From assembly GCA_964019335.1 (NCBI GenBank), contig OZ025662.1, forward strand, positions 716,224-780,223: 64,000 nt of DNA. Reading direction: 5' to 3'. Every line of letters starts with the position of its first letter. The stretch's first letter is position 1. Positions 23,805 to 36,154 of the stretch are shown one piece after another. This DNA comes from Diplonema japonicum (Eukaryota > Protista > Euglenozoa: Diplonemea). The notes under the pieces were generated by a model, which was given only the letters and a program-made list of their open reading frames with translations, did not search any database and was not told where the DNA came from. The position numbers and the translations under genes were made by a program.

Positions 23805-25577
23805 ATGATGAGCGGACGTTCATCGCGTACGGAAACCAGCTGGGGGATGGGCATCATGCCGCTTATGATGAGCAAGGCAAAGCGCCTTGAGGAGGGCAGT
23901 GTGTGTGGGTCCTGTAGCGAGGTGCAGATGAATGTGGAGGTCATGAATCTCAGCAGCTACTCAACTATGGCAAATGAGAAGCGGCGGGGGCAGCAGGAGA
24001 TCTTATATCCCCACGCACCATGCGCCCAGCGCCTGCACCCCACTGGGCGGCACAATGGGGATGCACACAATGCGACAAACGACGAGATCGCACGCAGTAT
24101 TCGGAACATAAAAGACATGTGCTACACGCTGCGGGGGAAGCAGGTGGCGTCACCCACCCTGACACAAGAAGACTCGTTCTTCCCCTCGATACGTACCACA
24201 AGCACCGCTGCAAAGGGGCGTGGGTGTGAGTCGATGAAGAAGGTTGTTGAGAAACCCGTTGTGGCTACCATGCTGGTGAAGCAGAAGTTAGAGTACCTCC
24301 GCAGCTTAGACGCAGAAGAGTTCCTAGAACACTGCAAGACCACAAATGAGATAAAACAAACCACCCAGCCCCCCCCGGAAGGGAGCAATTTCGTGGCACT
24401 AAACAAGAAGAACCTACGCAGGCAGTATCCTTCCGTAGCGCACAGCATGGAGCAGCAAGCAAAAGTAAAACAAAAACATACGAAGATCATTGCACAGAAA
24501 TACAGAGAAGGGAAGCGGCTTGCAGGCATGATTGCCACGAACCAGCTGCATGCGCGGAAGATGCGTGCAGCAACATGGCGCAGGGTGGTATCGTTTGTGT
24601 GCTTCACACGTGTGATCTACATCACGTTGACTGCATTGCGCTACATCGAAGTCTGCAAGGTGGGGCACATGTGCAACGACGTGTTCTCAGTCAAGGAGGC
24701 GATGTCAATGGTCAAGAGGCAGATGACAAATAAGAACCACAAAAACGTGAAAGAGGCAGCCGACGCTGAGCTGACACTGATGATCTTTAAAACCATCACT
24801 CCCAGCATTCTCGAGAGCCTGCGGCGGGGCATACGGCGCGCGAAGATTCGGTGCATGTCAACAAGGGTGGAGTTGGTGAAGTCCTTTCTCCTCTCTTACA
24901 GAGAGAGGAGCGTGTTTAAATGCGGGATACTAATTCTCCGAAGGCGTTTGATGACATGCCAGAAGGTTGCCAGGAAGTGGCACCGGATGTTCCGGAATAG
25001 GCTGAGGCTGTGGGGCATGCAGGTAGCAAGGATAGCTACGCAGATTTGTATGATAGAGCACGCAACAAACACAAATGTGGCAAACTTCAAGATGGCCGTG
25101 CAATTATCAAACATCAAGAAAGACAAAGATAAAGAAAGTTTGTATTTCCTCCCTGTGAGTGTTCCACTTGGCCGTTTCAAGCCACGGCTACCATCAGAGG
25201 CCTTGCTGACCCTGCTTAAAACACGCTACAAAATGGAAAGGTACACGTTTGACATGGCATGGGAAGATTGGTCTGCAGCGGACGGAGTCGGCAAGTGCCC
25301 GCTATTTCCTGTGTTACTGCCGGTGAAGGCTGCCGTAGAGGTGTACCTTGATCTAAAGGGCATCATTGAAAATGAAGCTAGGGAAAAAGCAGCCGCCTTT
25401 GAAAGGAAATTGCAGACAGCAACTTACGTTGTAGCCGCGTCCCTTGGCACCGTCGCCTTTGTCAACGTTGCCATTGACCCTTTCAGCGCTGCTGCCATAT
25501 TCTTACAATCCAGCGCGTCCAGCTACTTTGACCTTCCGGTCACCAGCAGGATGACACCGCCTCCTGCACTGTCCTGA
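23805..25577 (+). CDS. Hypothetical basic helical protein (590 aa)
   Basis: Long ORF with coding-like composition; no recognised motif. Confidence 0.7.
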   Translation: MMSGRSSRTETSWGMGIMPLMMSKAKRLEEGSVCGSCSEVQMNVEVMNLSSYSTMANEKRRGQQEILYPHAPCAQRLHPTGRHNGDAHNATNDEIARSIRNIKDMCYTLRGKQVASPTLTQEDSFFPSIRTTSTAAKGRGCESMKKVVEKPVVATMLVKQKLEYLRSLDAEEFLEHCKTTNEIKQTTQPPPEGSNFVALNKKNLRRQYPSVAHSMEQQAKVKQKHTKIIAQKYREGKRLAGMIATNQLHARKMRAATWRRVVSFVCFTRVIYITLTALRYIEVCKVGHMCNDVFSVKEAMSMVKRQMTNKNHKNVKEAADAELTLMIFKTITPSILESLRRGIRRAKIRCMSTRVELVKSFLLSYRERSVFKCGILILRRRLMTCQKVARKWHRMFRNRLRLWGMQVARIATQICMIEHATNTNVANFKMAVQLSNIKKDKDKESLYFLPVSVPLGRFKPRLPSEALLTLLKTRYKMERYTFDMAWEDWSAADGVGKCPLFPVLLPVKAAVEVYLDLKGIIENEAREKAAAFERKLQTATYVVAASLGTVAFVNVAIDPFSAAAIFLQSSASSYFDLPVTSRMTPPPALS

Positions 25578-25623
25578 GTTATTAAATTTTCTTGTTTTGC
25601 TCAATATATTCACAACAGAGAAA

Positions 25624-26802
25624 ATGTTGAAGTGGATCTTCCTGGTGTCGGTGGCGGTATGTACAGGTCTTCCGGCACAGGAGATCAAGTCAAGCGGCGA
25701 AAAGATATCTCACGCAATCTTACAAGAAGTGAATAAGGGCGTTAAGTTGCTAGACAAAATACATGACATTATGAAGGAGGGGAAAGTAAAGGCTGTGCAT
25801 CCCGACTTTCAAAGGATGGCACAGTCTGAGATCGACAAGCTTCTGGAGACGGACGAGGGGATCGGTGGTGTCTTCTCTTTATTCTATGGAACGGAGGAGG
25901 GGCTGATGAACGGGCTGCAGATTCTAGCGGACAAGTCCCAGCTCATCATTGGACACGCGCCAAGCGATCCCAAGTTGGAGTGCCCTGATAAGCTGAACAG
26001 GAAGCTCTGTGTGACCCCCCCAGGGGTGGCGGCAGGCTATGTTGAGGTGTACGACGTGGGAGAGAACCCTGCGACTTGGGAGCTGACGCGCCTGTCGCAC
26101 AACACTACGTACGACCCCAGACAGCATGACTGGTATACAAACTCTCCCGCGCACGTGTGGGGGAGCAGCTTTGTGTACAAGCACGACGAGCACTCGTCGG
26201 GCATTGCAGTGACCGTGTCACGTGCGGTCATCATCAACGGCAAGCAGGTGGGCACGGCTGCCGTCGACATTGACCTCAGCGGCCTGGACATGGTCATCGG
26301 GTATGCAGCAACAACAGACTTTATACTATATGACAGCCCTTTACGACCGGCTCCTGGTTCAGAAGCCGTTCTTGCTGACCCGACCACGGGCAAGGTCATC
26401 GCCTCCACACTTCCTGCTGCAAGAATGGTGAGGTTTACGGTATGCTGCTTCACACACCACCATCTTCTCACAGCACCAGCAAGTTAGCTGCTTCACTCCA
26501 CCGTTCACGCAGATCTTCAGCCCCTTAGCCCACACACTTGGGGGGCTACACCGCGCTGCTCGAATCGGCCCTGTTCTGCTGCGAGCCGACCAGGTGATGG
26601 GCAACTTGCTACGTTGGGATGCCATCTATTCACACCCGGTATGAAAGAAGCATTCCACGACGCTCCGCAGATCGCCCTTCAGAAGGACCGAACATGGCTT
26701 TTGGTTGTCACAGACGACTCCGAGCATCGAACAGATGCTGCTTCATCTCTGCATTGCAACTTCTTGCTTTTCGCATTGTTGCTTTTGTGTACCCTTGCAT
26801 GA
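25624..26802 (+). CDS. Secreted or GPI-anchored dCache-like domain protein
   Basis: Signal peptide MLKWIFLVSVAVCTG; YDPRQHDWY and VTVSRAV..GTAAVDIDL resemble Cache-domain motifs; introns 26440-26473 and 26639-26670; hydrophobic C-terminus FLLFALLLLCTLA. Confidence 0.65.
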
Positions 26803-26885
26803 TCCCCCAGATGCACGAAACTAGAGACAAGTTTAAAATAGTGTTCTTTCCGAATTCTTGACGTACTCCTTTATTGCATAAAGGA

Positions 26886-28145
26886 ATGGTGCACAGCACG
26901 CTAGATAGGCTGCGGCCGTCCGAAAGAAAGAGGAGAATACTCTTGGAGAGAACATGCGTTACAAAAACACCCGTCCCTGGGCCCAAGGAGAACAGGGCAA
27001 AAAGAGCACTGCTTGCGAAGGTGAATGAGCCAGCGAAGCTGGTAATCGCTGCGGAGGGCGGGGATGTCACAGTCTGGAACGTTGCGATCCAGCGATGCGG
27101 CGAGCTTGGTGCTGCTAGCGAGCTTGTGCAGATTTACATGAGGATGCACGCCTCAGGCCTGGCGAAGGTACTCCGGGCAGACACAGGCTGCATCCTCATG
27201 ACTGCCCTGCGCCGCTGCAGCCTTTTCACCATTGCTAAAAGGCTCTGGTACACTTCAGGCACCTACGATGTGTACACGACTTCGGCGGCCATGGCTGCTG
27301 CCAGCAGCGCCAACGATCTTCAATGGGGCACCGACATCATGTCTCATGCTGTAACGCCACTGCACTCTTACACCATAAACCACTACTGCGCACTCTTGTT
27401 GCGCGGTGGGAAATACTGCTTGTTGTTCAGCTACTTCAAGAATGTGGATGTAACTTCATCCGTTGTGCTCTTGATGCTTCATTCCTGCAATTCGGTAGTA
27501 CAGCTCCAGATGGTATTGGTGCTATTCTCTACGAAGATAGCACTGATGCTGCTCCACTTTACGGTGTGCATGAAGATGTACCTCAAGAGCTGTCTCCACG
27601 ACATGGTGAGGATCATGTACGTACTGATGCTCGAGGCAGGCATAGCACCTGATGCGAGGGCGTGCTTGGTCATGTGCATGTCCGAGGCAGCAAGGGGGTC
27701 AAGAGAGAATGTTGTTTACTTCGCAAGGAAAGGGCTTGCACTGCGGGATGTCAGTGCGTCAGAGGGCACTCAATTGCGGCGGTATCTACACAGTAATAAT
27801 TGTGCAGCACAACGCGAGGCAAGCCATACTATGTTGCCGAGAGCAGAGTTGCGACGGTGGAAGGTGCTGCGGATGCTGACAGGTGTGGGGTTGAGTACTA
27901 GAGACCAGTTGGCAGTGCGTGCGATACGCGCAGCTGTCAAAGTAGCGCGCCCGCTACACGCATTACGAGCTGCGTGCGCTGCTAGAATCATGAGGCACTT
28001 AAGTAACAAGCACAGCCATACAGGGTACCAATATGCATCTTGGCCTCCTCGCTTTGCTCGCATCGTGCCTGTCTGCACGCCAGGGGGATGTCGAACAAGC
28101 ATTGATGGGCTTGTACAACGCAACACATGGCGGGGGCTGGCTTAG
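26886..28145 (+). CDS. Degenerate PPR-like helical repeat protein
   Basis: VTVWNVAIQRCGELG..IYMRMHASGL, DVYTTSAAMAA and MLEAGIAPDARA resemble PPR motifs; 3' end uncertain because it overlaps the next gene. Confidence 0.55.
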   Translation: MVHSTLDRLRPSERKRRILLERTCVTKTPVPGPKENRAKRALLAKVNEPAKLVIAAEGGDVTVWNVAIQRCGELGAASELVQIYMRMHASGLAKVLRADTGCILMTALRRCSLFTIAKRLWYTSGTYDVYTTSAAMAAASSANDLQWGTDIMSHAVTPLHSYTINHYCALLLRGGKYCLLFSYFKNVDVTSSVVLLMLHSCNSVVQLQMVLVLFSTKIALMLLHFTVCMKMYLKSCLHDMVRIMYVLMLEAGIAPDARACLVMCMSEAARGSRENVVYFARKGLALRDVSASEGTQLRRYLHSNNCAAQREASHTMLPRAELRRWKVLRMLTGVGLSTRDQLAVRAIRAAVKVARPLHALRAACAARIMRHLSNKHSHTGYQYASWPPRFARIVPVCTPGGCRTSIDGLVQRNTWRGLA

Positions 28146-29166
28146 GAACGAAGGCTGGGGCAAAGAGAATGATATATGCACGTGGTACGGTGTGACATGC
28201 ACGGGAGGCCTCGTGGCTGGGCTGTCCCTCGACAGCAACAACCTGATGGGCAGTATCCCTGGCAGCTTTGAGGTAGGTACTCTCAGCACTCTGGATCTTG
28301 GTTCGAACAGCTTGCATGGCACACTCCCTTGCACTCTGTTCACAGAGAACCTCACGTCTATAAAGCTTAGTTCCAACGCTATCAGTGGCACTGTACCTAC
28401 TTGCCTCGAGAGTGCTTCTAGCTTGGTGTTGATCGAGTTTGACAGCAATTCCCTCAGAGGGCAGCTGCCAGAGATGAGTGGCATGAGTAAACTAGCAGGA
28501 TTGTACATTTCCTGGAATGAACTCGAAGGAACCCTCCCCAAGGGTCTGATGACATTGACTGCTTTGCAAGGCATATTCCTGGATGGCAACAAGATACAAG
28601 GAACGCTTCCAAGCTTTCGAATGTGTGAGAGCTTGTATCACCTCTGGCTGGACAACAACAGGCTGTCAGGCACTATTCCTGACGATGTTGCGTCGCCTGT
28701 GATGACGGAACTTGAACTGCAAGGAAACCTGCTTCGAGGCTTGGTACCTGTTTTGCCCTTTAAGAATTTTCACAAGTGTGACTTGGGTAATGGTTATGAC
28801 TGCCCACTTCCGAGCAATGTTTGCAAACAGGGCTGCAAGTGCTCTGCTTTGTGCACTGACACATGCGACTTTTGGGATGACTGTAACTTGGACGGCAGCG
28901 CCCCCATGCTGCTGTGCGCCGCATGTGTTGGCAGCATGCTTCTTGCATTTCTTACGAGATGGCTGACAACGCACGACACGACTGCAAGCACCGCATCGTG
29001 CACCTCGCACCAGTCGACGGCCTCGAATACCACCCCGCCTGTCACCCCGCAGCTTCCAGACCTTGCTGCCCTGCGCCCTGGAAGGTGGCGTCTCTCGCTC
29101 GGCAATGACTGGGATGTAGATGTGCGCGTGAAGGTGAAAGACAAACCTTTCCGCCCCGCTACGTAA
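28033..29166 (+). CDS. LRR receptor-like membrane protein (LRRNT_2 plus plant-type LRRs)
   Basis: Signal peptide; CTWYGVTC cap; LxLxxNxLxGxIP repeats; one TM segment. Confidence 0.9.
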   Translation: MHLGLLALLASCLSARQGDVEQALMGLYNATHGGGWLRNEGWGKENDICTWYGVTCTGGLVAGLSLDSNNLMGSIPGSFEVGTLSTLDLGSNSLHGTLPCTLFTENLTSIKLSSNAISGTVPTCLESASSLVLIEFDSNSLRGQLPEMSGMSKLAGLYISWNELEGTLPKGLMTLTALQGIFLDGNKIQGTLPSFRMCESLYHLWLDNNRLSGTIPDDVASPVMTELELQGNLLRGLVPVLPFKNFHKCDLGNGYDCPLPSNVCKQGCKCSALCTDTCDFWDDCNLDGSAPMLLCAACVGSMLLAFLTRWLTTHDTTASTASCTSHQSTASNTTPPVTPQLPDLAALRPGRWRLSLGNDWDVDVRVKVKDKPFRPAT

Positions 29167-29190
29167 AAAGAAGTAGGAAAGGGGGGTAAA

Positions 29191-29826
29191 ATGCCGCGAA
29201 TGCTCACAGCAGCTGCTCTATTCAAGGAGACTGACAGCGAGGTGTGGAAGACAGCTGCTGCAGCATATGGCAAATGCCTGCTTAGGAAAAAGGATCCCGT
29301 AATACTTGTGAAAGACGACGCGTACCTTAATGGCGCCTTAGGTGAAGCTATCAAAAAGAGCAAGCTGACAGTTGACGATCTAGAGCAGGTGATGCGGTGG
29401 AAGCTTGCAAGAGGTAAGTGGCGCCCAAAGCTGCAGGCACTTGTGGCTACGAATACTGCTGATGGTGTCCTGGCAAGTTGCAAGGCCGCCAATGTGTGCT
29501 TGGCGAGCAACAACATAAGAGGTGCCCTGAAGGCATACTGCACCTTGAAAGGGATTGGTGCTGCAACTGCGTCACTGTTGCTGTCTCTGTCTTGCAACAC
29601 CTGCCCATTCATGAGTGACGAGGCCTACGAAGCTGCCGTGGGCAGCAAGATAGTCCGATACAGTGAGAAGGAGTACCTCGCTTTCCAGTCCCTAGTCAGT
29701 GACAAGGCAGAGGAACTATCTGTTTCAGCAGACTACATCGAAAAAGCCTTATGGGCACAGCACATGACATTCTCCGTTGCTTCTGAGGACGCCCAACCAC
29801 AAAAAAAGAAACAAAGAGTGAAGTAG
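29191..29826 (+). CDS. Conserved HhH-containing (DNA glycosylase-like) nuclear protein
   Basis: WKLARGKWRP, LKGIGAATASLLLS (HhH) and PFMSDEA; C-terminal NLS-like KKKQRVK. Confidence 0.72.
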   Translation: MPRMLTAAALFKETDSEVWKTAAAAYGKCLLRKKDPVILVKDDAYLNGALGEAIKKSKLTVDDLEQVMRWKLARGKWRPKLQALVATNTADGVLASCKAANVCLASNNIRGALKAYCTLKGIGAATASLLLSLSCNTCPFMSDEAYEAAVGSKIVRYSEKEYLAFQSLVSDKAEELSVSADYIEKALWAQHMTFSVASEDAQPQKKKQRVK

Positions 29827-29895
29827 ATTATCGTGATAGTGTATTGTAATTAGCTAAGGTAGTAACGTGTTCACAACCACCACAGGAAATACAAG

Positions 29896-31658
29896 ATGGG
29901 ATTCTGTTGTTGTTTCGGGGACGATGAAAAAGAAGAGAAAGTAAAACAACCAAAAAAAAAGAATGAAAAGCGAAAAAGTCGAAAGTCCAAATCAACGGAG
30001 CAGACGGCGCTGCTGAGCAAAGAGGGCAGCAGCCAGACGACGAGCAGTTCGAATGGGAAGAAGAAGATACATCAAGCACCGTCTCCTTTGCAACGAAAGG
30101 AAGAGGAGGAAGAGAAGGTACCCGAGTACGGCCTTGGGGAGAGCATCGACAGCAACTCGCAGCTGTGGGATGCTGTTGCTCAGAAGCATGACAAGCGCGT
30201 CAGTGTTATATGCGACATGAGCCGCACAGACAGCACACTGTACGAGTCGGAGCCTAAGAAGATCCCTTTGAGGTACAGCCACGCATCGTACAACGTGCCC
30301 TCGTCACCGCCTACCTACAAACGGAGAGACTCCACGATATGGGAAGACATGAGGCAAAACAAAAAGGGGGGGAACTCACCTGTTGACACAAAGCGCCGAG
30401 AGTCAAAGCGGACGTACAGCAACCTTGGCTCCGACGAGGAGAACGAGGTGACCTTCCAGTCGCCCTACATCGCTTTCCCCCCGCCTGACGACGTGACTAC
30501 AGGCGACACAGACGACCAGGAATACAAGAGCCTGCTGCACTTCCTTAAAAAGGAATTCATCGAGGTCGAAGAGTCTTACGTCCAAGCGCTGCACATGGTG
30601 ACGAAGGAGTACCTGCAGCCTATGCTGACGCACGAGACCCTAGCGGACCCCGTCGTGAAGGAGATTCTCGGCGCACTGTACAACATAAAAGCTTGCAACG
30701 TGATTTTCCTGGAAGAAATGAAAGATGCAGTAGCGAAGCATGGCAGCACAGAGGACCCTCTGCCCTACGCCGCCGTCAGCATAGGTGACGCGTGTGTGAA
30801 CCACATGCGGACCTTCCGGACACTGGCGACCTACGCTGCGCTGTATGAGAGCTTCTTGAAGTACGTCAGCGGTTTGAAGGAAGAAGCACGAGAAGAATAC
30901 TCGGACTTCATATCAACGATACAAAAGAAAATGGAAGAAGAGTCCCCAACGAGCACGAGGGACTTGTCTATCAACTCCCTGCTGATGAGGCCTATACAGA
31001 TGCTGGCGAAGTACAGGGTGATCCTCCAGAGGCTAGTGGACAGCACGAAGAGCGACGATCCGGAGTTTGAGTCATTGGAGCAAGCGGTCGAGGAAGCAAC
31101 GGGTGTGTGCAACTATTGCAACCAAAGGTGGAAGGAACACGACGGGAAGCAGATGGTGCCGGAGATTGAGGCGAGGTGGGGGCTGAAGGGACTTGCGAAG
31201 CCAGGAAGGCACTGCATCATGGACGGGGAGATGGAAAAGATAACACGGAAGAGCAAGACGCCTATGAAGTGCGTAGTGTACCTGTTCAACGATCTGCTTG
31301 TCTGCATCACGTTCAAAAAAGGCATCTCGGAGGCTGACAAGGACAAGAAGTGCTTCTCCCTGCCGCTTCTCGACACCAAGGAGATCAAGCCTGATGTACC
31401 ACAGGGACTGCTCGACGCTTGCGGGATGAAGGGGCCTGTGCAAAATACGCTTTCTGTTGTTGCGAAGGAATACACTCTAGCGCTCATCCTGCCTACTGAC
31501 AGTTTGAAGGTACTATTCTTTTTTTTTCAAATAACTTCTTTTACTCCACTCAGAACCTATGGTACGAGACGATGACGGATGTGCGTGCAGCACTGGTGAA
31601 GAGGCTGGCCGTGCAGCGGCACCGCTCCATCCTAGGAATCGATCTGCATGATGATTAG
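29896..31658 (+). CDS. RhoGEF (DH-PH) protein with N-terminal acylation motif
   Basis: EFIEVEESYVQAL, LSINSLLMRPIQMLAKY (DH); VYLFNDLLV (PH); MGFCCC; intron 31510-31553; stop TAG 31656-31658. Confidence 0.9.
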
Positions 31659-31904
31659 TCTTGTCCGAGTCGTCACTGAATACGACAATTACTACCTCCC
31701 CTCCTTGTTTCTGCTAATATGCCGTATGCTTCTCTTAGCTTCTTCTTCTTCTTCTTATTTTGGTAAGGCGTTCGTCTCTGTATCTGTTAGTGTGTATATT
31801 TCTTTGACGTGTGTGCCCCCTCCCTCCTCCTCCTTCAAGGATATGATGCAAAAAAAGAAAAACGGGGGAAACGTTTTTCGATCTTTCTTTTCTATTTTTT
31901 TTTG

Positions 31905-31950
31905 GCGGGCTGTTGCTAACCACTTCGTTCCTTTCATAGTGAATTTTTTT
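31905..31950 (+). repeat. Dispersed ~45-bp repeat family A, copy 3
   Basis: Two to three mismatches to the other copies. Confidence 0.88.
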
Positions 31951-33222
31951 TAAAACAAAAGATGGAAACCTTGGTGGCAGCCCACCCACCCCCCCCCCCC
32001 CCCTCAGCCAGAAATAATGAGAAGAAAAGAATGGAACGATGTTACGTTCTAAAGAACCGGGTTTTCTTTTTTTTTTTAAATATTGTTCCTGCCCGTTATT
32101 CGCATTTCTAGAGCAACCCTTCTTCGTCCCCCCCCCCCCCCCCCCCAAAGCAGCCGGCTACTGCCGGTCTAAGTTGTGATGTTGATCATGAATTAATTGG
32201 CAACAACGTAGGAAAGGTTACCAAAGGGTGTCTTGTCATCTTGCGGTGGTCTTGTCACAATGTTAAAACTTCTGACATGTCGCACCGGCAGGGTGACCTT
32301 TTGAGGGTTTCTTCTTTTTTTTTTATATGTTGATTTCTTTCCTCCTGTGTGTTCTTCTCGTTATATTCTTAAAAGGAACATTACGTTTTTTATAATGGTT
32401 TTTTTTTTCTCCCCTCCCCTTTCACATCCTTGAATTCTAAACGGCAGGCATTTTCTTTTTTTTTAATAAAACGTTCTTAGATGGTATTACTCATTATGTT
32501 CTCGTTCACCCATCATGTGCAAGACTTCTACCTTTCCATCTATTTTTCTTTTTTTTTTTCCGAAAATCTTTTTCTTAATGAATGGAATTGAGGGCTACAT
32601 AGAATCGAATGACGGACGAGTCTCCCGGAAGAAACGCAGATTGAAAAAAAAAAAAAGAAACATTCCACATTTTTGTACCATAGGAGGGTGCCTTAGGAAG
32701 GTGTGAACCTACTTTGTAGGAGGTATAGCTTCCTTCGGAGCACAACTGCCGATAGGTGTACTCCTTATTCAACCCAAATGATACAAAATGAGTGGGCAAT
32801 GAAGTTATTTGTTTGAACACAGTTCACAGCAAGCTTTGACAGCTTTAATTATCACCAATATTTTTTTTTTCTTTTGGAAAATATTATTATTATTGCAAGT
32901 GAAGCAAGCATGTCGATTTGATAAATGTCCAACAGGAAGAACTTCTGGACTGACATGTTTTTGGGCGCTGAAAAGAAAAAAACTCGGATCCTGTCAGCCC
33001 AGCACCCCCCCCCCCCCCCCCTAGATCAAAAGGCACAGTAAATCGTTAGTTTTGTTCATTCTTTTCCATTTTTTTTTAAAAAGAGGGATAGCTGCCTCTG
33101 TTACTTCGAGTGTTATGTTTTCATCTCTTGTGTGTCCTTTTTTTTTTTCCTTCTTCTTTCTGTTTCTTTTCTCTTCTTTTTTTTTCCCTTCACTACTACC
33201 CCCCCCCCCCCCCCCCTCAGGT

Positions 33223-33755
33223 ATGGCAGAAGTAGATGGTTTTCCTGCCAGTACGAATTCTTACACCGATGATAAGAACGGAATTACCTTAAACGAGAAT
33301 TTGTGTGCCGCAGAGACAACGAAGAAGACGGTGCTATGTGAGGTGTGGTTTCGTTTTATCACTTCCAACCACAACAGATATGCCTTACTGACGATGCACA
33401 GGCTGTGATGATGTACCAAGGGGGCGACCAGTGGACGCACAGGGTGGAGTGCTGGGAGCTCTTCAGCAGCCATCAGCGTAGTGTTGATGACAGAAACATC
33501 TACGAACTGCTTAAGGAAATATCACTCTGTACTAGACAGCTAAAAGAATTCCAAACCACACGAGGCGGCGATCGAGAATACAGCATCAGGAGTTTGCAGG
33601 ACGAGCGGTCACAGGCGACGGTTGCCCTGCACCGCAGGCTGCGTGCCAGCAACTGGATCCTCCGCGACCGTTTCACTCTTCCAAGGGAGGTCACTGAGCT
33701 TTTCCTTGCGTTCCTAGCAGGTTCCATGAGACGCGATATGACCCCTAAATCTTAA
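33223..33755 (+). CDS. Hypothetical protein
   Basis: ATG follows a polypyrimidine tract and AG; intron 33343-33377 joins it to ORF 33345-33755 in frame. Confidence 0.6.
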
Positions 33756-33805
33756 TAGCAGTGTATTTTCTTTTTTAATGAATCGCACTCCATGCATAAT
33801 AGGTT

Positions 33806-34408
33806 ATGTTTATCGACTCCTCTGATGTCGTGTTGAAGCCAGTTGCTCGCCCTAGCTTCCTCAGCGCGGCGTTCGGTGCGGGTGTCGCGAAGAAGATGTA
33901 CCTCTGCCAAGAGGTCTCGAAGCTGTCGAGGAGCCTCCGCCCCAACAAACGCGTGTGGATCGTGATGCCCGGCGTCACACAGCTGTGCAACCCCGATGGG
34001 GTGGTCAGCAGAATGATGCAGCTCCATGACATCGAGAAGGTGTTCCTGCAGGAGATCCACCCGAAAACACGTCTCATCATCAAGCCATGCGATTCAGCGG
34101 CCGAACCTTCAATAGTCTTGGAACTGAACAATGCACAGCAGCCCATGCAGCTGCTGAAGGTGCTAAGCGCTTTGCGCAAAGCACAGACAGACCAGGAGCT
34201 CGAGTACGAGAAGTTGCCGCCCTCTGTCGACATACGAGAAGACACTGCAACGTACGGCAATCTGAACAAGGACACAATCTATGGCTACATGAACCCCGTG
34301 AAAAAAAGAGAGAAATGGGATTTTGAACCGCCTGTGAGCCCACGATTAAAAAGGGAAACGAAGGACAAGGAAATAGAAGGAGGCAAGAAAGAAGAAGAGC
34401 AACAACAG

Positions 34409-34440
<32 letters not shown>

Positions 34441-35983
34441 GGCGCCGCCGCCACCACCGCCGTTGCAGCCGTCGATGTCGCAGTCTGTGCAGCCGCACTT
34501 TTTAAGCACCAAAACAGAGCCAGCATCAAAGACAGAGCCATCTGAGTACGGACCGGCCTCGCCTGTGCCCTCTAACGTGTACGCGACGGACATGTCAAAT
34601 GACGGCACACCTGTTGGCAACTCTGCTTCCATAAGTGGGAATCAAAACCAGATGGACCTAAAGCTCAAAGTAGAAGTGGATAATAGAATAGAAGCCGAGA
34701 AGAGAGCCTGGCGCGCCGAGACTGCTGCGAATACACTCGCCGAGCAGCTGGCACGCAGCGAAGGCACGCGACTCCCGTTGCTAGTAGTAACCGACCTGAA
34801 GACAGATGGGATTGAAATAGGGACCCGTGTGTGTGAAAAATGTGAGATGCCCTCTACACCCTTCTGCGCTGTGACAGGAGCGCCCCACCCGCCTGATGAC
34901 GTCATCCTCACTACTTTTTCAACACGCCTAACGCAGCACTGCCACGGCGATGTTCAAGGCCAAGGCATCACGTACAAAGTTGACGAGTGGCGACCATTTC
35001 CAGTGAGGCTTGATAAGGAAGTCACATTCAGTATTGTGTCAGCAGATAGACTCTTGGGGAGGTCTGGTGTGCTCCTCCGCGACTTGCTCCCCGTTAACAG
35101 CGAAGTCAGCCCCGCAATTCTGTGGGATGTAGGTGTGCCTATCAAGCTGGACGGGCGCAAAGTGGGCATGTTGCGAATAAAGGCTCAAGGCATCAATGAG
35201 CCTCCTGCCTACGACGACGAAACGTGTTTGTATGAGGTGGCAGTAGATACGCTTGCCGTGCACTCGTTGCCCGGTGGACAGCCTGTCAACACCGTGAATC
35301 GAGGGGATATGGTGCTTGTGGAAGAGAATGTTTACAAAAATAACGAGCTGTGGGGAAGAGTGGGCGGGTTCTGGGTGTTAATCAAGGACAGCAGGGGCTT
35401 GACATTTATGACCAGGGTGGGGATGAACAGGGAACAGCTGGCGAATGCCTGCGTTGCGGCGGCGTTGGTAGCAGTGTACAGGGGTTATGCACACACTTCT
35501 GCAGAAATGATCACTTGCAGCGGTGGCATGCTGGAGGTACAGCGGCAGCTTGCGTATTTGGAAAAAGATCTCAGTAAAATGAAAGGGCCCCCGACGGGGC
35601 CGAGTTTTCCCTCTCCATCGTCAGTGGCATCGCCGCTGACACCATCACCATTGCGATCGCACCCACTGCTACAACATGGCCACAAGATCGACAGCTTTAC
35701 TACCTTCACGTACCCTTCACCAACTCCCTCGTTTAGAGACAAGAGCCAACTGCCTGTGTTTGCGCAGCAGCTGGACACAGCTTACAGCTCACCTCCAAAG
35801 TCACCGCTAGCCTTCCCACCTCCTCCCCCACCCCATCTGAGCGACTCGACTTCGACACAAGGCAGGATCTACGTTACTGTCTCTTCGCAAGGAGCTCCAA
35901 CGTTCAGATCGCAGAAGACGTACCCGCATACGGTATGCACATACTACACGAGTCTACCCACGCAGGACGCATTCGGTCTTTAG
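33806..35983 (+). CDS. Hypothetical multidomain protein (polyQ/polyP, Cys motif, possible SH3-like region)
   Basis: 725-aa ORF; CEKCEMPSTPFCAVTGAPH; probable in-frame intron near 35933-35965. Confidence 0.75.
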
Positions 35984-36154
35984 CAGTGAAGCAAAGTGTA
36001 GAGCTTCATATTGTTGTATCTTTCCGTGCTATCATTGGTTTTTCCCATAGCAGTTTCTTTGTGTTTCGTTTTTTCACTGCTCTTTGCAGTGCACGAATTT
36101 GTATTTTTGTTCAATTAGCGTCGCCGTGTTCTCGCCCGCACACACACACAGGTC

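Noticed and set aside
12301-31950. CRISPR-like interpretation of the short dispersed repeats
   Set aside because: Not regularly spaced, eukaryotic context, no cas genes.
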